Positions 17,900 through 25,922 of a DNA stretch of 64,000 nt are shown here, piece by piece (within the stretch, counting starts at the first letter, position 1; each line of letters starts with the position of its first letter). Below the pieces are notes generated by a model. The model was given only the letters and a program-made list of their open reading frames with translations. It did not search any database and was not told where the DNA came from. The translations under genes were made by a program, and so were the position numbers. This DNA comes from an uncultured Anaerolineae bacterium (GTDB lineage Bacteria; Chloroflexota; Anaerolineae; VGOG01), in NCBI GenBank assembly GCA_964390805.1, contig CAYMKL010000010.1:12158-76157 (forward strand). Reading direction: 5' to 3'.

Positions 17900-18547
17900 A
17901 TGCGCGTCCTGGTAGCTGACGACCACCCTTTGTTTCGCGATGGCATAGTTAGCCTGCTTGAGGCGGCTGGCTTTGATGTCGTTGGACAGGCCGGCAACGG
18001 TCGGGTAGCTGTCGAGATGGCGCTGGGCCTGCGCCCCGACCTGGTACTGATGGACATCACCATGCCGCAGATGACGGGCCTAGAAGCATTGCGCTTGATC
18101 AAGGCTGAGTTGCATGAGACACAAGTGGTGATGCTAACTGTCTCCGACGACAACGCCGATTTGATTGAAGCTGTCAAGGCAGGGGCGCAGGGCTACCTAC
18201 TCAAAAACCTGAACGCCAGCGAGTTTCTGGAGATGCTTGCGGGACTGGAGCACGGCGAGGCTGCCATCACCCGTAAGACTGCCACCCGCTTGATCGAGGG
18301 CTTTGCTGACCGGTCTCGCCCGCACTCCGAGCCGTTGGAAAGCCTTACCCAACGGGAGATAGAAATCCTTCGCTTGGTGGCCGAAGGCCTCCCGAACAGG
18401 GCCATTGCCCAGGCGTTATTCGTCAGCGAGAATACCATTAAATATCACATGAAGAACGTCCTGCAAAAATTGGGCGTTCAGAACCGGACCGAAGCCGCCA
18501 CTTCCGCCCTCCGCGCTGGGCTTCTCAAGTCTGACTCTCCCCGCTAG
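17900..18547 (+). CDS. NarL/FixJ-family response regulator (REC + LuxR HTH)
   Basis: 'MRVLVADDHPLFRDGIVSLL...LVLMDITMP' (REC). C-terminal 'LTQREIEILRLVAEGLPNRAIAQALFVSENTIKYHMKNVLQKLGV' (LuxR HTH). Confidence 0.9.
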   Translation: MRVLVADDHPLFRDGIVSLLEAAGFDVVGQAGNGRVAVEMALGLRPDLVLMDITMPQMTGLEALRLIKAELHETQVVMLTVSDDNADLIEAVKAGAQGYLLKNLNASEFLEMLAGLEHGEAAITRKTATRLIEGFADRSRPHSEPLESLTQREIEILRLVAEGLPNRAIAQALFVSENTIKYHMKNVLQKLGVQNRTEAATSALRAGLLKSDSPR

Positions 18548-18659
18548 TTTCTTCGCCGCCCCACCCTACCTATTAGGGTAGGATGGACCTACCCCTCAGA
18601 GTTGATTCCTTCTCTATCCTGACTACCCCTATTTGCGCTCGGATTCATACCGATGGGTC

Positions 18660-18689
18660 TTGCCAGATGCGATCATTTTGTGTTATAAT
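18660..18689 (+). promoter_or_regulatory. sigma70-like promoter with extended -10 (TTGCCA - 18 nt - TGtTATAAT)
   Basis: -35 TTGCCA at 18660-18665; TGn extended -10 with TATAAT at 18684-18689. Lies upstream of the ORF at 18751. Confidence 0.55.
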
Positions 18690-18750
18690 TGCCGAAGGGA
18701 AGCTCTGAAAGGTTCAATGATGTCAAGCCGTGTGGTGGGAGGTGTGCCCG

Positions 18751-19083
18751 GTGCGGAGGCGCGTCGTCATCCTATCAGGCCATTCGCTCTTTGCTGAGGG
18801 CGTTGCTAGCCAGCTCCGACAGCACCCACAGGAGTTGGAGGTTGAGGTTGTGGATATCCGGCAGCCGGATGCGATGGCCCAAATCATCGCTGTCCGGCCG
18901 TCCGCCGTGATCCTGGACACCACCGACTCTGAGGTCGCCCGGCTTGGCCTTATGAGCAGACTGCCACTTGTGCTTCCGGAGCTCAAGATTGTCTGCCTGG
19001 ACTCACAGCAGGAACACATCCAGGTGGTGACAAGCGAGCAGCTTCCAGCGGATCAGGTGCGTGATCTGCTCGATGTGATTTAG
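18751..19083 (+). CDS. stand-alone receiver-like (pseudo-receiver) domain protein
   Basis: REC-like fold signature ('VVILSGHSLF...AVILDTTD...LKIVCLD') but lacking the N-terminal acidic DD pair. GTG start at 18751 follows a GGGAGG RBS. Confidence 0.45.
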   Translation: MRRRVVILSGHSLFAEGVASQLRQHPQELEVEVVDIRQPDAMAQIIAVRPSAVILDTTDSEVARLGLMSRLPLVLPELKIVCLDSQQEHIQVVTSEQLPADQVRDLLDVI

Positions 19084-19177
19084 CACTTCCCACAGTCAAT
19101 GGGATGAAAAGAAAGGAGGGTGATAACCAAAGAAGATAGTTCGGAAGACGTTTGAACAGAGAATCAGAGGAGGATAT

Positions 19178-22100
19178 ATGAGAGACATCAGAAAGTTAGT
19201 GGTTCTATGTGTTGTTCTGACGGCCGTGGTGCTCGTTGTCGGCGGCTGTACGACTCCCACACCTGAGACCATCGAAAAGGAAGTGACCAGGGAAGTGCCG
19301 GTCGAAGTCACCCGAGAGGTGGTGGTGGAAAAGGAAGTCACCGTGGAGGTGGAGAAAGAAGTGCCGGTCGAAGTCACCCGCGAGGTAGAGGTAGAGGTCA
19401 CGCGAGAGGTGGAGGTAGAGGTCACGCGGGAGGTGGAGGTAGAGGTGCCGGTGGAGGGAGAGCCAGGCGTGGAGGCGCCCTTCGAGGCGCTCTGGGCTGG
19501 CTCCGGGCACGCCGATGCGGAGGCCGAGGCTTTCAGACACTGGGACGAGGACGATCCAGTAGAGGTATCCACTAGTTGCGCCAAGTGCCATAGCTCCTAT
19601 GGGTATCTGGACTTCCTGGGCGCAGATGGCACCGAAGCCGGTGTGGTGGATAATGCTGCGGCTGTGGACTCGGTGATTGACTGCACCACGTGCCACAACG
19701 AAGCAGCCGCCAGCCTGACCAGCGTGGTCATGCCCTCTGGCGTCGAACTCACCGGTCTCGGCGCAGAGGCCCGCTGTATGCAGTGTCACCAGGGACGCCA
19801 GTCCACCGTCAGTGTCAACGATCACGTCGCTGCGGCAGGTGTCGCCGACGACGACACAGTCAGTGAGGATCTTGCTTTCCGTAACGTCCACTACTTCGCG
19901 GCCGGCGCCACGCTCTATGGCGGGCAGGCCATGGGCGGCTATCAGTACGATGGCAAGACCTACGACGCCAGGTTCGCGCACGTCGAGGGGATAGACACCT
20001 GCATAGACTGTCACGATCCCCACACTTTGGAAGTCAGGGTGGAGATGTGCAGCGCGTGTCACGTGGATGTGTCCAGCAAAGAAGACCTGGCGGACATCCG
20101 ACTGCTGGGCTCTGGAGTGGATTTCGATGGCGATGGCGAAGTCAGTGAAGGCATCGCTGTCGAAATCGAGCACCTTCAGGAGGTCCTCTATGAGGCTATC
20201 CAGGCTTATGCCAGTGATGCTGGAACTCCCGTCGTGTACGACTCCCACGCTTACCCCTACTTCTTCATAGACACCAATGCCAACAGCGAAGCCGATGCTG
20301 ACGAGGCCAACTACGGCAACAGGTACAATGCCTGGACCGGACGTCTGCTCAAGGCAGCCTACAACTACCAGTACTCCAAGAAGGATCCTGGCGCGTTCGC
20401 TCACGGCGGCAAGTATGTCATCCAGCTCCTCTACGATTCCATTGAGGACTTGGACGCTGGCCTTGTAGCGGGTCTGCATCGCGACGACGCAGGGCACTTC
20501 GCCGGATCAACAGAGGCATGGAGGCACTGGGATGAGGATGGCGAAGTTCGCAGTTCCTGCGCCAGGTGTCATAGTGCCACTGGCCTGCCGTTCTACCTGG
20601 AAACGGGTGTCAATGTAGCCGAGCCTCTGGCCAACGGGATGCTGTGTTCCACCTGCCATGACCCCGAGACGTACGCTCCGTACGCTGTGGATGAGGTGGA
20701 GTTCCCCAGCGGCGCGACCGCCAGCTTTGGCGAGGGGGCGACTTCGAACCTGTGTCTGAACTGTCACCAGGGACGCCAGTCCACCGTCAGCGTCAACTCC
20801 AGAATTGGCGACAACGAGGACGACGCTGTGGTGGAGGGGTTGGGCTTTGCCAACGTCCACTACTTCGCGGCCGGCGCCACCATGTTCGGCGGGGAGGTCA
20901 TGGGCGGGTATCAGTACGATGGCAAGACCTACGACGTCAAGTTCGCCCACGTCGAGGGGATAGATGCTTGCGTGGATTGCCACGACGCTCACACCTTGGA
21001 AGTCAAGGTGGAGGTCTGCAGCGCGTGCCACGCGGGCGTGTCCAGTGCAGAAGACCTGGCGGACATCCGCTTGCTAGGCTCCATTGCGGATTACGATGGT
21101 GATGGTGAAGCCACCGAAGGCATTGCCCACGAGATTGAGCACCTGACGGAGGTTCTCTACGGGGCTATCCAGGCCTATGCCGCAGACGTGGCTGGCACCC
21201 CCATCGTGTACAACTCGCACCGCTACCCCTACTGGTTCACCGATGCCGAAGAAAGATACGGCACCTGGACGCCTCGTCTGCTCAGAGCGGCCTACAACTA
21301 TCAGTACGCCAAGAAGGATCCCGGCGCGTTCGCTCACGGCGGCAAGTACCTCATCCAGCTCCTCTACGATTCCATTGAGGACCTGGATGCTGGCCTGGTG
21401 GCGGACATGCACCGCGACGATCCAGGGCACTTTGCTGGGTCTACGGAGGCATGGCGGCACTGGGATGAGGATGGCGAGGTCAGTGCTTCGTGCGCCAAGT
21501 GCCACAGTGCCACTGGCCTGCCCACCTACCTGGCAACGGGAGAAAATGTAGCCGAGCCCTTGGCCAATGGGATGCTGTGCACCACCTGCCACGATGATCC
21601 CGTCGCGTACACCCGTTACGCTGTGGACGAGGTGGAGTTCCCCAGCGGAGCCGTGGCAGGCTTTGGCGAGGGGGTGGATTCCAATCTCTGTCTGAACTGT
21701 CACCAGGGACGCCAGTCTACCGTCAGTGTTGATGAGCACATCACTGCGGCGGGCGTCGGTGACGACGAAGTCAGCGGAGATCTTGGTTTCCGTAACGTCC
21801 ACTACTTTGCGGCCGGGGCCACGGTCTTCGGTGCGGAGGCTATGGGGGCGTACCAGTACGAGGGCAAAGAGTACGTCGGAGCGTTCGCTCACGTACCGGG
21901 CTTCGACACTTGCACCCAGTGCCACGACACTCATAATCTCGAAGTCAAGGTAGAAGCCTGTGGCACGTGCCATCCCGGCAAAGAGAGTGTCGAAGACATC
22001 CGCATGAGCACCACGGACTTCGACGGGGACGGCCACGCGGACGAAGGCATCGCCCACGAGATCGACCACTTGCAGGAGACTCTCTACGGAGCCATCCAGG

Positions 22101-22381
22101 CTTACGCCAGCGAGGTTACCACGCCCATCATATACGACTCACACTCCTACCCCTACTTCTTCGTGGACACCGACGGGAACGGTGAGGTTGATGCGGGCGA
22201 GGCTAACTACGGCAACAGGTACAGAGCCTGGACACCGCGTCTGCTCCGGGCTGCCTATAACTATCAGTACGCTGCCAAGGATCCCGGCGGGTTTGCTCAC
22301 AACGGCAAGTATGTCATCCAGGCGCTTTACGATAGTCTGGACGACATCGGCGCCGATACCGCTGGCATGGTTAGGCCTTAG
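19178..22381 (+). CDS. large lipoprotein multiheme c-type cytochrome: 15 CXXCH in three tandem pentaheme domains, preceded by an EVTREV repeat linker
   Basis: Signal plus lipobox 'LVVGGC'. Repeat linker 'EVTREVPVEVTREVVVEKEVTVEVEKEVPVEVTREVEVEVTREVEVEVTREVEVEVPVE'. Three ~320-aa repeats each with CA(K/R)CHS, C(T/S)TCH(N/D), C(M/L)(Q/N)CHQ, C(I/V/T)(D/Q)CHD and C(S/G)(A/T)CH. Confidence 0.9.
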   Translation: MRDIRKLVVLCVVLTAVVLVVGGCTTPTPETIEKEVTREVPVEVTREVVVEKEVTVEVEKEVPVEVTREVEVEVTREVEVEVTREVEVEVPVEGEPGVEAPFEALWAGSGHADAEAEAFRHWDEDDPVEVSTSCAKCHSSYGYLDFLGADGTEAGVVDNAAAVDSVIDCTTCHNEAAASLTSVVMPSGVELTGLGAEARCMQCHQGRQSTVSVNDHVAAAGVADDDTVSEDLAFRNVHYFAAGATLYGGQAMGGYQYDGKTYDARFAHVEGIDTCIDCHDPHTLEVRVEMCSACHVDVSSKEDLADIRLLGSGVDFDGDGEVSEGIAVEIEHLQEVLYEAIQAYASDAGTPVVYDSHAYPYFFIDTNANSEADADEANYGNRYNAWTGRLLKAAYNYQYSKKDPGAFAHGGKYVIQLLYDSIEDLDAGLVAGLHRDDAGHFAGSTEAWRHWDEDGEVRSSCARCHSATGLPFYLETGVNVAEPLANGMLCSTCHDPETYAPYAVDEVEFPSGATASFGEGATSNLCLNCHQGRQSTVSVNSRIGDNEDDAVVEGLGFANVHYFAAGATMFGGEVMGGYQYDGKTYDVKFAHVEGIDACVDCHDAHTLEVKVEVCSACHAGVSSAEDLADIRLLGSIADYDGDGEATEGIAHEIEHLTEVLYGAIQAYAADVAGTPIVYNSHRYPYWFTDAEERYGTWTPRLLRAAYNYQYAKKDPGAFAHGGKYLIQLLYDSIEDLDAGLVADMHRDDPGHFAGSTEAWRHWDEDGEVSASCAKCHSATGLPTYLATGENVAEPLANGMLCTTCHDDPVAYTRYAVDEVEFPSGAVAGFGEGVDSNLCLNCHQGRQSTVSVDEHITAAGVGDDEVSGDLGFRNVHYFAAGATVFGAEAMGAYQYEGKEYVGAFAHVPGFDTCTQCHDTHNLEVKVEACGTCHPGKESVEDIRMSTTDFDGDGHADEGIAHEIDHLQETLYGAIQAYASEVTTPIIYDSHSYPYFFVDTDGNGEVDAGEANYGNRYRAWTPRLLRAAYNYQYAAKDPGGFAHNGKYVIQALYDSLDDIGADTAGMVRP
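19290..19470 (+). repeat. in-frame tandem nucleotide repeats encoding the (EVTREV/EVEV) linker
   Basis: 'gaggtagaggtcacgcgagaggtggaggta' is reiterated about 3 times, with degenerate flanking copies. Confidence 0.8.
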
Positions 22382-22435
22382 AGCGGGAGACCGTGCTCTC
22401 TCCGGGGAGCACCATAGCCTAACTTCAGTAACGAT

Positions 22436-22467
22436 AGGGGGGCAGGCCGTCTACCGGTCTGCCCCCC
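22436..22467. terminator. GC-rich hairpin between convergent genes; possible bidirectional terminator
   Basis: gggggcaggccg / cggtctgccccc stem with loop tctac. Lies between the ends of the 19178 (+) and 22593 (-) genes. No clear U-tract. Confidence 0.45.
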
Positions 22468-22592
22468 TGCATCTTAGACGAACGACGCCAACCCGTATAG
22501 CGTGCACACGGTAGTTGGCCATGACGCGGAGAAATAGAAAAAGCAGGTCGCCCTGACAACCGACCTGCCTTATAATCTTACCACCTGTCGTT

Positions 22593-24113
22593 TTACGACG
22601 CCAGAAGTTGGTCAAAGGCGTAGCGCTTGGCCACGTTCTGCAGTTCGGGAGCCAGTTGGCGCAGCGTCCGCTCGAAGGATTGGCGAGCATTCTCCCGCCC
22701 GAAACGGTGACTGACTACGTCCAGTTGCGTCAGCAGGAAACGGCGGTACATCTCCACCAGGTCATCGGTCCTCAGTTGGGGATCGGCCTGATCCTCGATC
22801 CTTCCCCGATTGAGGCGTAAGGGCAGATGGGCACATAGCTGGTTGACCTCCTCCTCGCAGGCGCGGTCTTCAGGTGAGGCTCGCCAGGCTATGGTGCTAC
22901 TGCACATCAGCTCGGCGATCTCGCGGAAGACGCGGCGCAGGCGGATCTTGTCCAGGTCGGCAGTGCGCACGACTCCCACTGCGACCAGGCAGTAAAAGCC
23001 CCGGCTGACTTCGAAGACGGTCAGGCCCAGCTCACGGGCGATGGTTGCCACGTCCTTGACACCGTCAACGGCAGCCACGATCTGCTCCTCGGCTGGCGTC
23101 AGGGACAGACCATCCATGCGCTCGTAAGCGGGGCCCAGCTCAAAGATGGCGTCGGCCGAGGGGACCAGCCGCTGGATGATGGTCCAGTTGTCCACCCAAC
23201 GGCAGCCGCACAGGATTAGGTCCTCGGCGCTGAGAGCCAGGGGGACACACCAGTCCTCGCAGCCCGTCTCCTGATCGAAGGTGAATTGCCCTTCCTGCCA
23301 GCGAAAGAGATCGCATAGCCCTTCCAATACTTGTTCGGGAGGCGGTGGGGGAGGGACCGGCTCGTCCTGGCGCAGGCAGGCGGCACAGACAGGTCTCCCC
23401 CCTTCAAAGCTGAGGGTGCGGATCACAACCCCATCGGTGATGGTGAGTGTGCCGCTGTGCCGACCAGAGACGATGAGGCGAATGAGATCGGGCAAATGAT
23501 AATGGCGCAGGTTACCGCTGAGGATCATCAGTCCTCGCCGGGTGCCTGCTTCGGCATGGTGTGCCTCTCCCTCACCTTGAATATCACGGATGACGTCGGC
23601 CAGCCAGTCATGCTCCATCTCCAGGAAACGACACGTATGATCGAGGATGGCCAGCTTGAGGGGCGATTGTCCGTCATCCTGTTCCGCAGCCAGGGCCGCC
23701 TGGACTTTTTGGGTCTCCTCGGCCAGGAACGCCTGGCGCTGTTCCAGCAAGGGGATGGCACGCTGCAAGGGGAGCTTGTTCAACAAGTGGATGACCAGGT
23801 CATAGGCGAGATAGGTCTTCTCCTGGCTGGCTGCCTGGATCTCCATGGCCGCAAAGAAGGCGCTCCGGCCTTCCTCAGTGAGACGGTAAGTGGACTTGCG
23901 AGCACTGCGGGCTCCTCGCTGACGCGACTCGGCCACCAGGCCCTGATCGCGCAGCTTGCCCAGCGAATAGTAGACGCCGGCCATACTGACGTTGAACCAG
24001 GCATCAATGCCCTCGGCCTGGATCTGCTGGTAGAGCTCGTAGCCGTGCATGGGCCGGTCCAGCAGCAAGCCTAGAAGCAGTAGGTCCGTTTTGGTCGCGA
24101 CTGGCTTAGTCAT
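22593..24113 (-). CDS. PadR-family transcriptional regulator with a long C-terminal extension (~400 aa)
   Basis: N-terminal PadR wHTH 'LLLLGLLLDRPMHGYELYQQIQAEGIDAWFNVSMAGVYYSLGKLRDQGLV...STYRLTEEGR'. Start chosen at MTKPV (GGGAGG RBS); an alternative start is at 24140. Confidence 0.7.
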   Translation of the reverse strand: MTKPVATKTDLLLLGLLLDRPMHGYELYQQIQAEGIDAWFNVSMAGVYYSLGKLRDQGLVAESRQRGARSARKSTYRLTEEGRSAFFAAMEIQAASQEKTYLAYDLVIHLLNKLPLQRAIPLLEQRQAFLAEETQKVQAALAAEQDDGQSPLKLAILDHTCRFLEMEHDWLADVIRDIQGEGEAHHAEAGTRRGLMILSGNLRHYHLPDLIRLIVSGRHSGTLTITDGVVIRTLSFEGGRPVCAACLRQDEPVPPPPPPEQVLEGLCDLFRWQEGQFTFDQETGCEDWCVPLALSAEDLILCGCRWVDNWTIIQRLVPSADAIFELGPAYERMDGLSLTPAEEQIVAAVDGVKDVATIARELGLTVFEVSRGFYCLVAVGVVRTADLDKIRLRRVFREIAELMCSSTIAWRASPEDRACEEEVNQLCAHLPLRLNRGRIEDQADPQLRTDDLVEMYRRFLLTQLDVVSHRFGRENARQSFERTLRQLAPELQNVAKRYAFDQLLAS

Positions 24114-24180
24114 CGGTCCGCCTCCCTGTCTGCTGCTCATAGTATACCAGAAAACCTGGGAAAAATCAACTCAAACATTC

Positions 24181-24209
24181 TTGACAAAAGGCGAAAAACG
24201 TGTTATAAT
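24181..24209 (+). promoter_or_regulatory. consensus sigma70 promoter (TTGACA - 17 nt - TATAAT, extended -10 TGtTATAAT)
   Basis: TTGACA at 24181-24186; TATAAT at 24204-24209. Nearly identical to the promoter at 30766-30794. Confidence 0.7.
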
Positions 24210-24230
24210 CCACGCTAAGGTATGAATACT

Positions 24231-24252
24231 AAAATACTCAGTCCTGAGTATT
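24231..24252. promoter_or_regulatory. 9-bp inverted repeat AAATACTCA-gtcc-TGAGTATTT downstream of the -10 (candidate operator or 5'-UTR hairpin)
   Basis: Perfect palindrome immediately after the promoter and ahead of the RBS of the 24287 gene. Confidence 0.5.
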
Positions 24253-24286
24253 TACATCCAGGCTTGTCTCGCTGAGGAGAGAAGAA

Positions 24287-24934
24287 ATGAGTGCAAAATC
24301 GGTTTCACGGCGCACCTTCCTTAAATCGGCTCTGGCCGGAGGTGCGCTGGTTGCTGTGGGCGGTGGGGCAGCCCTGGCCAGTCCGAAACAGGCCGATAAG
24401 ACGGCAGATTATGCCCTGATCATTGACACCACCAAATGCGTGGGCTGCGGCGCATGCGAGACAGCCTGCAACCTGCGCAACCACCTGCACGAAGGCCACA
24501 GTTACATCCACATCCTGCACCGGGGCGAGGGAGAAGACGAGCGTTTTCTGCCTGTCCAATGCCAGCACTGTGCCGATCCCCCGTGTGCCCACGTCTGCCC
24601 TACCAACGCCACCTACATCCGCGACGACGGGGTGGTGCTCATCAATGAAAAGGTCTGCGTCGGCTGCCACTACTGCGAAGTGGCCTGCCCCTATCAGGCT
24701 CGCATCTTCGATGAGGGGCGGGGCGTGGCCGACAAGTGCTGGCTGTGTCTGGACTACGTTTTAGGCGGCGGCGAGCCGGCCTGTGTCCATGCCTGTGTGC
24801 TGGGGGCCCGACTGTTCGGTCGCACCGACGATCCGGGCAGTGAAGTGGCTCAACTAATCGCCTCGGGACAGGCCAAGCCGCTCCGTCCCGAATTTGGCAC
24901 CGAACCGACGGTGCTCCGCTACATCATCGAGTGA
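24287..24934 (+). CDS. Tat-exported 4Fe-4S ferredoxin-type subunit (HybA/NrfC/DmsB-like)
   Basis: Tat signal 'SRRTFLKSALAGGALVAVGGGAALA'. Cys clusters 'CVGCGACETACNLRN', 'CQHCADPPCAHVCP', 'CVGCHYCEVACPY', 'CWLCLD...CVHAC'. Confidence 0.9.
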   Translation: MSAKSVSRRTFLKSALAGGALVAVGGGAALASPKQADKTADYALIIDTTKCVGCGACETACNLRNHLHEGHSYIHILHRGEGEDERFLPVQCQHCADPPCAHVCPTNATYIRDDGVVLINEKVCVGCHYCEVACPYQARIFDEGRGVADKCWLCLDYVLGGGEPACVHACVLGARLFGRTDDPGSEVAQLIASGQAKPLRPEFGTEPTVLRYIIE

Positions 24935-24937
24935 GGT

Positions 24938-25906
24938 GTGACCATGCAAACTGCCTGGGGTTGGTTGCCATCCATTTACCTGTTTTTGGGCGGTCTGGGA
25001 GCCGGGGCGTTTTTAGTGGCCGCTATCATGGAGTGGACAGGTGAGCAATACAAACACGACTTTTGCCCCACCTCTATGGTAGGCGCCACCGTTGGCGGGC
25101 CACTGTTGCTTTTGGGCACAGTGTTGCTGATTTTCGACCTGGGGGCTGGCCTGAGACAACCCTGGCGTATCCTCCACATGTTCACCCACTTCAGCTCGGT
25201 GATGACCTGGGGCATCTGGATCCTGAGCATCTTCATCCCCTTGTGTTTCCTGTACGGCTTTCTGGAGCTGATGGAGGTCTACCCCAGAGTGTGGCAGGGA
25301 CTGTTTGTTCGCCGCTTTTCCCCGCTGGGCCGGCTGCAGTTACGACGGATCAAACACTGGGTGGCCGGAATAGGTAGTCTGTTCGCCGTGGGCACGGCTG
25401 TCTACACCGGGGTGTTACTGTCAGCGGTGGGGCCGTCTATCCCCTTCTGGTCCACTCCTATTGCTTCCGGTCTGCCCATTCCCATGCTGCCGGTGTTGTT
25501 CTTGGTATCGGCCATCTCCACCGGCCTGGGCTTGACCATTGACCTGTCGGCCACCGTGTCCCTACCGGAGGTGTTGCGCCGCTTCCACTACATGCCTATG
25601 ATCCACCTGGTGCTCATCGGGTTGGAAGCTGTGCTCATCGGAGCGCTGTTGCTGGTGGCTCTGGGTCAAGGTGGAGAAGCAGCTCAATCGGCCACTTATA
25701 TCCTTAGTGGCCAACTGAGTGTGGTCTTTTGGATCGGGGTGGTGGCGCCAGGTTTGGTCTTTCCTTTTGTGGTACACGCCTACGCCATCGGTGCTGGTAG
25801 TCACTCCCTGGCTTCGGGGCTGATTTCCGGAGTGGGTATCGTCGTAGCTGGCCTGTTTCTGCGCTACATCATCGTCGCTAGCGGCGTACCGGCCGCCCTA
25901 TGGTGA
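24938..25906 (+). CDS. NrfD/PsrC-like polytopic membrane protein
   Basis: 322 aa with ~8 TM helices. Sits between the HybA-like and multiheme cytochrome genes. Confidence 0.75.
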   Translation: MTMQTAWGWLPSIYLFLGGLGAGAFLVAAIMEWTGEQYKHDFCPTSMVGATVGGPLLLLGTVLLIFDLGAGLRQPWRILHMFTHFSSVMTWGIWILSIFIPLCFLYGFLELMEVYPRVWQGLFVRRFSPLGRLQLRRIKHWVAGIGSLFAVGTAVYTGVLLSAVGPSIPFWSTPIASGLPIPMLPVLFLVSAISTGLGLTIDLSATVSLPEVLRRFHYMPMIHLVLIGLEAVLIGALLLVALGQGGEAAQSATYILSGQLSVVFWIGVVAPGLVFPFVVHAYAIGAGSHSLASGLISGVGIVVAGLFLRYIIVASGVPAALW

Positions 25907-25922
25907 TTGGAGGAGATGCAAC

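Noticed and set aside
19290-19470. Regular short tandem repeats (EVTREV units; also PT units at 29090-29400) considered as a possible CRISPR array
   Set aside because: The repeats are in frame inside coding sequences and encode linker peptides. There are no unique spacers of uniform length and no cas genes.
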